From an uncultured bacterium (lineage in GTDB: Bacteria; Verrucomicrobiota; Verrucomicrobiia; CAIQCK01): a DNA stretch of 64,000 nt. The stretch spans positions 3,819-67,818 of the forward strand of contig CAIQCK010000103.1 of assembly GCA_903870275.1 (NCBI GenBank), in the 5' to 3' direction. This document shows positions 8,260 to 16,512 of this stretch, in pieces (within the stretch, counting starts at the first letter, position 1; each line of letters starts with the position of its first letter). The notes beneath the pieces were generated by a model, which did not search any database, was not told the DNA's origin, and worked only from the letters and a program-made list of their open reading frames with translations. A program made the translations under genes and the position numbers.

Positions 8260-9405
8260 ATGCTTATGAAACGAATCACCGCCACCACGGTCGCGCTTTG
8301 GTTCCTGACCTCCGTGCTGTCAGCCTCGGACGGGACGGCGCCGACCGATGTGCCGCAGATTCCGCTGTGCATGATCGGCGACAGCATTACCTGGGCGGGC
8401 GAAGGCGATTACTGGCGGCAGGATCTCCTGGAGCAGCTTCCCGCGCTGGCTTTTGTCGGCACGCACACGGCCAAGCTCGGCTACAGCCACGCGGGCGAAG
8501 GCGGCAACGGCACGCGGGCCGTGCTCGCGCGCCTCGGCGATATCCCGGATTGTCCATACTACTCGCTGCACATCGGCACCAACGACAACAACCTCAAGGA
8601 CGCGTCCGCCATCGAGTCGCACGCCGCCGCCACCGCGGACCGCATCGTCGCCATCGTGCAGGGGCTGTTGAAGAAGCCGTCGGTGCGAAAGGTGTTCCTG
8701 TGCAGCATTCTCCCCTGCCAGACGGACAACCCGTTGCGGGACCGGACCAACGCCGCGACCAACGTGGTGTTGCGACAGAAGATGGCGGCGTTTCCCAAGG
8801 ACAAGGTGGTTTGGGTGGAACTGGAGAAGCCCGTCCGCGCCATCGAGAACTGGGGTCCGATGATCAAGCTGCACCCGACGCAGGAAGGATACAAGGTGAT
8901 GGGGAAGCTGCTGGCCGATGCCATCGCCGCGGCCCTCGGCGTGCAGGATCGCGCCGCCGTGCCGAAACCGCGGCCCGGTTGCGGCGTGCGGGTGGAGAAT
9001 CTTTGGGACGGCGGCGGCAACGGTCGCACGCGTGCGCCGATCATCGCCGGCTGGTATACGGCGTCGTTCGACGTGGTGCGCGCGGCCGGGCCGAAGGCCA
9101 CGGTGACGATCCGCGGCGAACTTCCGCCCGCAAAGGACCCCAAAACCGTGCAGCACGCATTCAACCAGTCATTCCCCGTGGCCTCCGGGGACGCCGGCAA
9201 GCGCGTCACGGTCAACTTCTTCACGGAACACGAGGGCTACAAATACACGCGCTCGCCGTTGGCGTTGACGGCCTCCGGATGCGAGATCACGAAAATCCTG
9301 GTCGAGAAGCGGCGGCCATCCGGCAAAGCCTCCACCTACGGCCAAGGCTCGTATGTGGACACCGCGACCGCACCCCTGCCCGGCGAACTTGTGGAACGAC
9401 CGTAA
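8260..9405 (+). CDS. secreted SGNH/GDSL hydrolase with a C-terminal beta-rich domain
   Basis: Signal peptide MLMKRITATTVALWFLTSVLSA. SGNH blocks GDSITWAG, GEGGNGT, HIGTNDNN and a LHPTQEGY-type block V. Start moved from 8155 to the Met preceding the signal peptide. Confidence 0.8.
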   Translation: MLMKRITATTVALWFLTSVLSASDGTAPTDVPQIPLCMIGDSITWAGEGDYWRQDLLEQLPALAFVGTHTAKLGYSHAGEGGNGTRAVLARLGDIPDCPYYSLHIGTNDNNLKDASAIESHAAATADRIVAIVQGLLKKPSVRKVFLCSILPCQTDNPLRDRTNAATNVVLRQKMAAFPKDKVVWVELEKPVRAIENWGPMIKLHPTQEGYKVMGKLLADAIAAALGVQDRAAVPKPRPGCGVRVENLWDGGGNGRTRAPIIAGWYTASFDVVRAAGPKATVTIRGELPPAKDPKTVQHAFNQSFPVASGDAGKRVTVNFFTEHEGYKYTRSPLALTASGCEITKILVEKRRPSGKASTYGQGSYVDTATAPLPGELVERP

Positions 9406-9503
9406 ACGCTGGCGACAGATTTACCCGGCGCTGATAGAAATCTCTGCAAAAGCCGTTGTCCACACTGTAGCGGCGGTCCCATGAAAATAATAGCAAGTTT
9501 CTC

Positions 9504-9532
9504 TTGACATATAGAGAAAGTATCTATATGTT
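9504..9532 (+). promoter_or_regulatory. sigma70-like promoter candidate (TTGACA-17 nt-TATGTT)
   Basis: Perfect -35 TTGACA at 9504-9509 inside a short AT-rich island (9481-9535) in otherwise GC-rich DNA. A -10-like TATGTT lies at 9527-9532 (alternative TATATG at 9525-9530). No annotated gene follows for about 760 nt. Confidence 0.45.
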
Positions 9533-10059
9533 CTTCCCGCCATGAATTGGACCGGCACGCGGGCGCAGACCCTCCGGCCGGGAGCCGGCGGCGGCAACCC
9601 GGAGGCCGGCCCGAGCCATCCGCGGATGGTTGCGGGCACCGGCCTCGTGCCGCCATCCAAGACCCGGCCCGGCCCCACAAGCCGGATGGTGACGGGCCAG
9701 ACGCCGCCGGCATGGACCACGGACGATCTGGCGGCCACGCCGCCTCTTGATGGCCCCAAGCGCCAGAACCGCCCCCAACGCGGACGGCTGCGGCTGGTGG
9801 CGGGACGATCATCCTCCCCATCCATCATCTGGGTCAATTTTTCAAAACGAACCCATATGATGGCCCCGGTCCAACCTGGAAAACATCGTTTTCCCGAAGA
9901 AAACCCGGGGTTCGATGCCCGAGGGCCGGGGAATTCAAAAGGTGTTTTTACGAAACGAAGCCAAATGAAAGGAGGCTCATGTCAGGGAATGATACGGTTC
10001 GGAGTTGGCCTTGCCCGGTAGCGGCGGTAGCGGCAAAGCGTCTCCAACCCGCTCGCTCG

Positions 10060-10170
10060 GTCAAGGTTCGGTCAAAGCCAGTCAAAGTGAAAACGCCCAA
10101 AAATAATTTGGCCTAATCCGGGTTGATCCGGCTGCATCCGACCTGATCCGACTCAATCCAACAGAAACCG
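10060..10170 (+). repeat. helically phased short direct repeats (GTCAARG x3, then ATCCG-like x6 at exact 10-bp spacing)
   Basis: GTCAAG at 10060, then GTCAAAG at 10071 and 10081. ATCCG at 10116, 10126, 10136 and 10146, then ATCCA at 10156 and AACCG at 10166. Confidence 0.8.
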
Positions 10171-10301
10171 ACCCAGTGAAACCCATGAAACATTGCAAAC
10201 GCACGATGGCTGTGGCGGCGGAACAAAACCAAATCATGCCACCGAAGGGCAAACATTTCACCGAGACTTTCTGGCTGGTTGCCATTAGGATGGCGCCCGA
10301 C

Positions 10302-10817
10302 ATGAAACGGCTTCTCATTCTGCTCCTGTTCGCCGCTGCCGTGTCCGTGGGCGCGGTGGAGGTGGATGTCACGCTCAAGAACGGCAAGAAGGTGACGGGC
10401 GGCGTGCTGGTTGATAACGACCGCGAGATCATCATCCTCGTGCAGGCGTCCAACGGCGTTTACCGGCAGACGATCAAGAAAGCCGACGTTGCTGGGGTCA
10501 AAGAGCACGCCGCGCCGAAAGCCGGGCCGCCCGGCCCCGCGGACGTGGCACGGCTGCAAAAGAGCATCAAGGCCGCCGAGGAGGACGTGCGCCGGCGCGA
10601 GGCGGAGATCCCCATTGCCCAGAAGGCGCTGGATGATTTCTACGGCAGCCACCCCGACGCCAAGGCGGCAACGCTGGACAGGGAGCGGAAGTTGCGTGCG
10701 CGACTGGCGACGACTCGAACGCAAGTGGATATCGCCCGCTCCAAACTCAACGCACTCACCTTGGACCTCGGAGCGATGAGCCGCCAGTTGACCGAGCCGC
10801 CGCCGCAGGCGAAGTGA
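10302..10817 (+). CDS. secreted hypothetical protein with a C-terminal coiled-coil
   Basis: Start chosen at MKRLLILLLFAAAVSVGA (signal peptide) within ORF 10176..10817. A small beta-rich N-domain is followed by a heptad-like charged region (AEEDVRRREAEIPIAQKALDD...). Confidence 0.55.
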   Translation: MKRLLILLLFAAAVSVGAVEVDVTLKNGKKVTGGVLVDNDREIIILVQASNGVYRQTIKKADVAGVKEHAAPKAGPPGPADVARLQKSIKAAEEDVRRREAEIPIAQKALDDFYGSHPDAKAATLDRERKLRARLATTRTQVDIARSKLNALTLDLGAMSRQLTEPPPQAK

Positions 10818-10839
10818 GGAAGCGGTGAGGCGAACCCTC

Positions 10840-11583
10840 TCAACCCTGCCGCCCTGCGGGAACTGTTCCCTTCAGAAGAACGCTGGTTCCCAGCGGCAAA
10901 GGAAGCCCCTTGTCCACCTGCAACAACGCGCGAAGGACGGCACTGGTGAACGGGTGGGTTTTGCTGTCGCCCGAATCGGCAAGCGGGTAGGCACGGCGCA
11001 AAATTCTGCTGTAGAGCAGGCAAACCGGGATCAGGGTGAATCCAAAATACCGCACTCGATCAACCACGACGGCACGGCCGACCGTTTGGCGCAACGAGCG
11101 GATGGAGTAGCGCCGGTAGTGCCCGAGGGATTCATCGTGAAAACCGAACAGCCATTGGCCCGCCGGCACGGTGAGCATCAAGAGGCCGCCGGGGCGCGCG
11201 CACGCGATCAATTTCTCCACGGCTTTCACATCGTCCCGGATATGCTCGATCACGTCGGTGGCGATCACGCAATCGTAGGGCTGGCTGACCTGAAGGTCTT
11301 CGATGGAGCAAACCTTGAACGTGCAACGGGGAATCGCCAGTGCCCCCGCCGTCTGCCTTGCCAGCTCGATATACTCGCGCGAAGGATCAACGCCCATGAC
11401 ATCGTGACCGGCTTCGGCCAGCAGGAACGACAGATCCCCCGAACCGCATCCCGCGTTCAAAATCCTCAGCGGCTTCGGCTCTGCGCCCAGCCATTCCAGG
11501 AGGATGCGATACTTCGTGTGCGCATACAAATCCCGCGAGCGCGCCAGCAAGTCTTGATACTGATAAGCGTTAAAGCCGTTCAT
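10840..11583 (-). CDS. class I SAM-dependent methyltransferase
   Basis: Motif I LRILNAGCGSGDLSFLLAEAGHDVMGVDPS, followed by VIATDVIEHI and GGLLMLTVP. Confidence 0.85.
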   Translation of the reverse strand: MNGFNAYQYQDLLARSRDLYAHTKYRILLEWLGAEPKPLRILNAGCGSGDLSFLLAEAGHDVMGVDPSREYIELARQTAGALAIPRCTFKVCSIEDLQVSQPYDCVIATDVIEHIRDDVKAVEKLIACARPGGLLMLTVPAGQWLFGFHDESLGHYRRYSIRSLRQTVGRAVVVDRVRYFGFTLIPVCLLYSRILRRAYPLADSGDSKTHPFTSAVLRALLQVDKGLPLPLGTSVLLKGTVPAGRQG

Positions 11584-11622
11584 GGCTGAATTACCGGGCG
11601 ACCGGTTCTCGCGACGGTTGTC

Positions 11623-12369
11623 TCACCGATTATAGACTCCGCGGCGGCGATTATAGGCGATGGCGAGCACGTCGCAGAAGGTCCTCACGTTCCGCAAAAA
11701 ACCGGCCCGGGTCGTGCCGTAGTCATTGTTCCACGTGACCGGGATGTCATAAATCCGATACCCGTGAAGCCGGGCGATGGCCAGCAGTTCGACATCGAAC
11801 GCAAATCCGGCGACGGTTTGCCGGCTGAAGACCGTCGTGGCGGCCGCGCGCGAAAAACACTTGAACCCGCACTGGCTGTCCTTGATCCCCGGAAGGACCA
11901 GCCACTGGTAGAACCATCGGAACAAAGCAGCGCCGAACCGGCGGAAAAGCGGGATGTGTTGGACCAGCACGGTGGAGGCGTTGGTCCGGGATGCAATCAC
12001 CACGTCGGCGCCGTTGGCCATCAGCGGCAGCACCTTTTCCATCTCCAGCAATCGCGTCGCATTGTCGGCGTCCATGAACATGATGAGGTCGTGCCGGGCC
12101 AGACTAACGCCATGTTTCACCGAGGCGCCTTTGCCGGCCGGGCCGGGATTCCAATGCGCCTTCATGTTGGGATGCGCCTTCAACAACTCCGCCATCGGCT
12201 CCATGTCTTCGTGCGTCGTCGCTTCGCCGACGAGGAGGACTTCCCAGGGCGCGCTCCATCGCTTGAGATAATCCAATACGTCCTCCAGCGTCCGGGCCAG
12301 TTGAACTCCCTCGTGGAAGAACGGAATGATCACTGAGAGCGAGGGTCGTTGCGGCATGGCGGGTGGCAT
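11623..12369 (-). CDS. glycosyltransferase family 2 (dolichyl/polyprenyl-phosphate sugar transferase-like)
   Basis: LSVIIPFFHEG, FMDADNATR (a DxD-type motif) and DSQCGFKCF. The start could be 12369 or 12357. Confidence 0.88.
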   Translation of the reverse strand: MPPAMPQRPSLSVIIPFFHEGVQLARTLEDVLDYLKRWSAPWEVLLVGEATTHEDMEPMAELLKAHPNMKAHWNPGPAGKGASVKHGVSLARHDLIMFMDADNATRLLEMEKVLPLMANGADVVIASRTNASTVLVQHIPLFRRFGAALFRWFYQWLVLPGIKDSQCGFKCFSRAAATTVFSRQTVAGFAFDVELLAIARLHGYRIYDIPVTWNNDYGTTRAGFLRNVRTFCDVLAIAYNRRRGVYNR

Positions 12370-12622
12370 GAACTAAAGCAAGCCTCTCAGGAACTCGATG
12401 TCTCCACGCTCGGCGTGTTTCATGGGTTATATGTTCGTCCATCCTGGAGTTGGCGCAAGAACATTTATCGCACCGCCCCCGACCCGACTCCGGCTGATTC
12501 GATTGCGCACACAAGCTCTCCCAAAAGCATCCGGGCAAATGAACCACCCGCGTCCTCTGCATCACCGCGCACCCATCGCCATGCGGCTCCGAAGCCGGCG
12601 TCCAGCCGGCGTCAGGGTCCGC

Positions 12623-12650
12623 TTGCAAAACTTTCCGCCGCGTGTAGAAT
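12623..12650 (+). promoter_or_regulatory. sigma70-like promoter candidate for the MscS gene (TTGCAA-16 nt-TAGAAT)
   Basis: -35 TTGCAA at 12623-12628 and -10 TAGAAT at 12645-12650. A purine-rich AAAAGGAG lies 6 nt before the ATG at 12691. Confidence 0.45.
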
Positions 12651-12690
12651 GCTCCCGTCTGCAAACGGCCAAACCGAAAAGGAGCGCAGC

Positions 12691-13527
12691 ATGAACAACA
12701 CTCTAATGACGTGGAAAGACACGCTTGTGGATTTCCTCATCCGCAAGGGGTTCGACATCCTTGGCGCAATTGTCATCCTCATCATCAGCGCGATCCTGGC
12801 GCGCTGGCTTGGCAAGCAGATCGAGAACTGGCTCGCGAAGCAAAAGATGGAGTTGCCCATTCGCACGCTCATCGTGCGCGTCGTCAAGATGCTGGTGTTC
12901 GTGCTGGCCGGCGTGCTGGTGCTCGAGAAACTGGGCGTGGCGATCGGGCCGATGATCGCGGGCATCGGCGTGGCCGGCGCGGGCATCGCGCTGGCGCTGC
13001 AAGGCGTGCTGAGCAACGTCACCGCCGGGTTGCAGCTCATTCTCACCAAACGTTTCCACGTCGGCGAATACATTGAAATCCTCGGCGAGCGCGGACAAGT
13101 CCACAACATCGAGTTATTCTCCATGGTACTGATCCGGCCGGACGGGTCGCGGGCCGTCATCCCCAACAGAAAGATCATCGGCGAGATTTTTCACAACTAC
13201 GGCACAACCCGGCAAGCCAGCCTCAGCGTCGGCGTGGCTTACGATTCGGACATCCCTCTGGTGTTCTCCACGATTCGCGAAGTGCTTGACGCCAACCCGC
13301 GCGTCATGAAAGACCCCGCGGCGGGCATCGGCATCGCCTCGCTGGGTGAGAGCGCCATCAACATCGGCATTTCGCCCTGGGTCACTTTGCAGGATTACGG
13401 AGCGGCCCAGGAGGAAATTTACAAGGTCCTCATCGAGAAGTTCCGAGAGAAGCGCATCGTAATCCCGTGCCCCCGACGCGACGTCCGATTGTTGAACACG
13501 CCGGCGGGCGGCGCGGCCGCGGCGTAA
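12691..13527 (+). CDS. small-conductance mechanosensitive channel (MscS family)
   Basis: Three N-terminal TM helices, then GIGVAGAGIALALQGVLSNVTAGLQLILTKRFHVGEYIEI...IPNRKI. Start set at the ATG at 12691, behind a Shine-Dalgarno-like AAGGAG. Confidence 0.9.
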   Translation: MNNTLMTWKDTLVDFLIRKGFDILGAIVILIISAILARWLGKQIENWLAKQKMELPIRTLIVRVVKMLVFVLAGVLVLEKLGVAIGPMIAGIGVAGAGIALALQGVLSNVTAGLQLILTKRFHVGEYIEILGERGQVHNIELFSMVLIRPDGSRAVIPNRKIIGEIFHNYGTTRQASLSVGVAYDSDIPLVFSTIREVLDANPRVMKDPAAGIGIASLGESAINIGISPWVTLQDYGAAQEEIYKVLIEKFREKRIVIPCPRRDVRLLNTPAGGAAAA

Positions 13528-13575
13528 GCTGAAGCGGAATTCATCGTGCAAAAACTCACGGGCGGTTCCCGCGCG

Positions 13576-14769
13576 TCACTCGCTCTTCTCAATCGGCTCA
13601 AAAAGTCCGAGCACGCTGGTGAAGCCGTGCACGAAGACCTTGTCGCCGACGGGGCCGATCTCGCCGTTGCAGAAAAATCCCGCCAGCGGCAACGCGCCGA
13701 GTTTCTCGTGAATGAGGCTCACGTCGTGGTTCGGCAGGCCGAACAGATTTTCGCCGCGACCGAGGCAGGAAAACAGCAGCGCGCCCTGCGGCGGGCTTTT
13801 CGCAAGCGCGGTTTTCTGCCGCTCGATCAACTCGCGCAGGTCTTCGTTGGCGGTGGCGCCGTCGCGCAGCTGGAATTGGATCGTCTGCCCGGAATGAATC
13901 TCCCGGTCGCCAATGGCGATGGCGCCGTTGTTCGGGTCGAGACCGACGATGTTGCGGATGAGGAAATCGCCGCGATGGAACTCGGCCTGATACTCGTTGA
14001 TGACACGGCCGACAAACAGCGCCTGCTGCGCCAGTTGCCGGTCCTGTTCGGAGAGCGCCTTGAGCGTTTCCTGCAACGCCACCACGGGCGGCTGGTTGGC
14101 CAGTTCGACGATGACGTTGCGCTGCGCTTTGGTGATGATGAGGGGTTCGCCGATGGGCCGGCAACCCTGGCTGACAATCACGCGCAACCGCACCGGTCCC
14201 ATCAGTGCCACGCCGACCGCGCCGCTGTCGTAAACCTTTTCGCCAATCCAGACGCGGTTCTCGCCGGCCTGCCGCGCGCCGCTGGCCAGCCCGCCGATAA
14301 TCGGACGGCCCGGATACGCCGCGCCGAGTTCCTCCACCGCGCGCGTGGCGTCCATGCTGAAAGGGTCAGGCAAAAAGATGAATGACGCCTCGTCCTCCGG
14401 TCCGACGCCCAGTTCCGAATGCCAGAAGGCCGGGCCGTTGGATTCCTCCACCTGTTCCTGCGTGATGCGAAACGGTTCGACGGTCACGCCGGGCATCGAA
14501 ACCGCCCAGAGCGCGATGGCGACTGATCCCTCCACTTCGCGATCCGCGCCGATGATGCCGCCGCCGGTGCAGCCGACAAGCCGCCGCGCGCCAACCCGGA
14601 GGTGAACGTCCTCGATGAGGTCCGGCAGCACATCCACAAAACGCGGCGAAACGAACAGCAAGGCAAGGTCCACCTTGGCCGCGCCAAGCTGCGCGCGCAC
14701 TTGCTCGCACAACTCAACAGCCGCCTTGCCGGCGTCGCGTTCGACGGATATGGCCGCGGAGAACTTCAT
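13576..14769 (-). CDS. FIST-domain sensory protein
   Basis: MKFSAAIS...DLALLFVSPRF...LVGCTGGGIIG and LGALPLAGFFCNGEIGPVG match the FIST_N/FIST_C pattern. Start at the Met 12 codons inside ORF 13576..14805. Confidence 0.85.
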   Translation of the reverse strand: MKFSAAISVERDAGKAAVELCEQVRAQLGAAKVDLALLFVSPRFVDVLPDLIEDVHLRVGARRLVGCTGGGIIGADREVEGSVAIALWAVSMPGVTVEPFRITQEQVEESNGPAFWHSELGVGPEDEASFIFLPDPFSMDATRAVEELGAAYPGRPIIGGLASGARQAGENRVWIGEKVYDSGAVGVALMGPVRLRVIVSQGCRPIGEPLIITKAQRNVIVELANQPPVVALQETLKALSEQDRQLAQQALFVGRVINEYQAEFHRGDFLIRNIVGLDPNNGAIAIGDREIHSGQTIQFQLRDGATANEDLRELIERQKTALAKSPPQGALLFSCLGRGENLFGLPNHDVSLIHEKLGALPLAGFFCNGEIGPVGDKVFVHGFTSVLGLFEPIEKSE

Positions 14770-14811
14770 CCGCTGTAAAATGCGCGCCCCTTGCCCTTCG
14801 CGCAAGCTCTT

Positions 14812-16281
14812 TCAAGGAAACACGTCCTCGCCCGTTTTCCCCGGCATGACGAGCGCCCCATGCACGCAGTCCGGCCGCGCATACAACATGCAGCCTTTGT
14901 CGCTGTAAAGGCGCGACCATTTTAGCTCGTTCACAATCTCCTGCTCTCGCGGCCAGCCGCGCGGCACGAGCGCGAAGTCCGTGGGGTAATCGGACAGCAG
15001 CCGCCGCCAGCCCGCTCGGCCCATCGAGAAGTCCAGCGAACAACGCACCGCGTCGCGCGTGAACACCGTCACATGGCGGCCGTCGGCGGACATGCGGCAT
15101 TGGCCGTGCAGCTTCCACACGACAAACTCGCCCCACGGAAACCAGATGGCGAGATTGCCGCGAAGGCCATTGGCCTTCATGAACTCGACGCCGCCGACCG
15201 GATAATAGATGCCACCGGCGTGGGGACTGCCCGGCACGCGCAGATGCCACGGCGCGCTGCGAAGCCACAAACCAAAAACGAGCGCCGCGATAACCAGCGC
15301 GCCAACGGGCACGATGCGCTGCGCCGCCGCCGTCTCCGCTCGCGGCCAGCGCTGGCGCAGGCGGGCCGCCCACCGTTCCATCACCGGCGGCAACAAAGCG
15401 ACGGCGCCAATGGCCAGCAACGGTATCTGCCGGTTCTGGCGTGTGCCCATGACGGCGAACAGCGCGAGCACCATCCACCGCCGCACATCACGCTCGCGGG
15501 CCGCCAGCAAAACGGCGAACGCCAGAAAGACGAGGATTTGAAACTCCGGATAGTTGTTGGTAAACCAGGCAACCGACTGCCACTCGGTGATGTCCTTGTT
15601 GGGGTCGCGGAGCGTTTCCCAAACCATCGCCCAGTAGTTCGCGTGATAAGGATTGACCAGCGTCGCCGCGGCGCAGGTGGCCGTGATGAGAGCGAGCCGT
15701 TTCGCCGTCGCCAGTTCGCGCCACGATCCAACCGTCCACATGCCCATCAGCACGAGTCCGATCAGCACCCCGGCATGCAGGTTGACCCACAACACGAAGA
15801 AGGCGGGCATCCACCACCACGCGCGCCCACAGCGGAGCCACGCCAGCAGCATCGCCACGAACAGAAAGGAAAACATCGTCTGCCGAAACGGCATCGCACC
15901 GACAGCCAATGAAGGAATGGCGCACGCGACAACCAGAAGCGTCACCAATGCCGACGCGCCCTCGCGCCGCGCCGCGCGATACGCCACCACGAACGTGCCG
16001 ATCATCAGCGCCAGCGTCAGCCCGCGCGCCGCCGCGCCGCCGCCCCAGACGAACAGCGGATAGGTCAGCGCGTTGCTCAGCCAATGGTGGCACACCCACG
16101 ATCCCGTCGGCAGGTAGGAGTCCGCGTCCACGCGGGGCGCGCCGCCGGTGTCCCACACGAGTTTGCCTTCCGAGAGATAACCCCAGAGATCATAGGTGGC
16201 GATGTAACCGCTGAGATAGACCAGCGCAATGCTCCAGACCAGCGCGTGGGCGGCAATGACGAGCAGGCGTTCGCGATTCAT
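14812..16281 (-). CDS. polytopic membrane protein (possible GT-C-type glycosyltransferase)
   Basis: More than 10 hydrophobic helices followed by a soluble C-terminal domain. Start set at MNRERLLVIAAHALVW (16281; alternative 16314). The upstream 110 codons of the ORF look non-coding. Confidence 0.65.
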   Translation of the reverse strand: MNRERLLVIAAHALVWSIALVYLSGYIATYDLWGYLSEGKLVWDTGGAPRVDADSYLPTGSWVCHHWLSNALTYPLFVWGGGAAARGLTLALMIGTFVVAYRAARREGASALVTLLVVACAIPSLAVGAMPFRQTMFSFLFVAMLLAWLRCGRAWWWMPAFFVLWVNLHAGVLIGLVLMGMWTVGSWRELATAKRLALITATCAAATLVNPYHANYWAMVWETLRDPNKDITEWQSVAWFTNNYPEFQILVFLAFAVLLAARERDVRRWMVLALFAVMGTRQNRQIPLLAIGAVALLPPVMERWAARLRQRWPRAETAAAQRIVPVGALVIAALVFGLWLRSAPWHLRVPGSPHAGGIYYPVGGVEFMKANGLRGNLAIWFPWGEFVVWKLHGQCRMSADGRHVTVFTRDAVRCSLDFSMGRAGWRRLLSDYPTDFALVPRGWPREQEIVNELKWSRLYSDKGCMLYARPDCVHGALVMPGKTGEDVFP

Positions 16282-16512
16282 GGGCGCGTGAGGACAATCG
16301 CGGCTTTCACTCATTGGCACAGCACGGCGGCGGGCGAAACGCCCAACGTCGCCTCGAAGATGTTGAAAACCAAGACGGCGAGCTTGACGTGCATCGTGCA
16401 AAGGATAGCCGCCCGCCGCATGCTTCGTCAACGTTACGTCGGACACCGTCGTCCGCAAAGAAAAACGCCTTGACAGAAAAATGCGGGGGTCGAGGATGAA
16501 CACGTGAACGGC

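Noticed and set aside
9542-10021. 159-aa ORF immediately downstream of the orphan promoter, plus minus-strand ORFs 9336..9821, 9421..9837 and 9524..9778.
   Set aside because: All frames give Pro/Gly/Arg/Thr-rich disordered sequence with no hydrophobic core pattern. Equal openness of several frames argues for GC artefact rather than coding. The region is kept as a possible RNA or leader instead.
10055-10175. The phased repeat arrays as a replication origin (iterons/DnaA boxes).
   Set aside because: The units do not match the DnaA box consensus TTATCCACA beyond an ATCC core. There is no adjacent AT-rich unwinding element of the usual kind, and no dnaA, dnaN or rep gene in the window.
12349-12690. 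114-codon N-terminal extension of the MscS ORF. Similar extensions exist for the LuxR regulator (42382..42711), FIST (14770..14805), ClpX-like (19676..19780) and SGNH (8155..8259) genes.
   Set aside because: The extensions are Arg/Pro-rich and overlap neighbouring genes or promoters. They precede internal Met codons that coincide with SD-like sequences, signal peptides, family N-termini or 4-nt stop/start overlaps.
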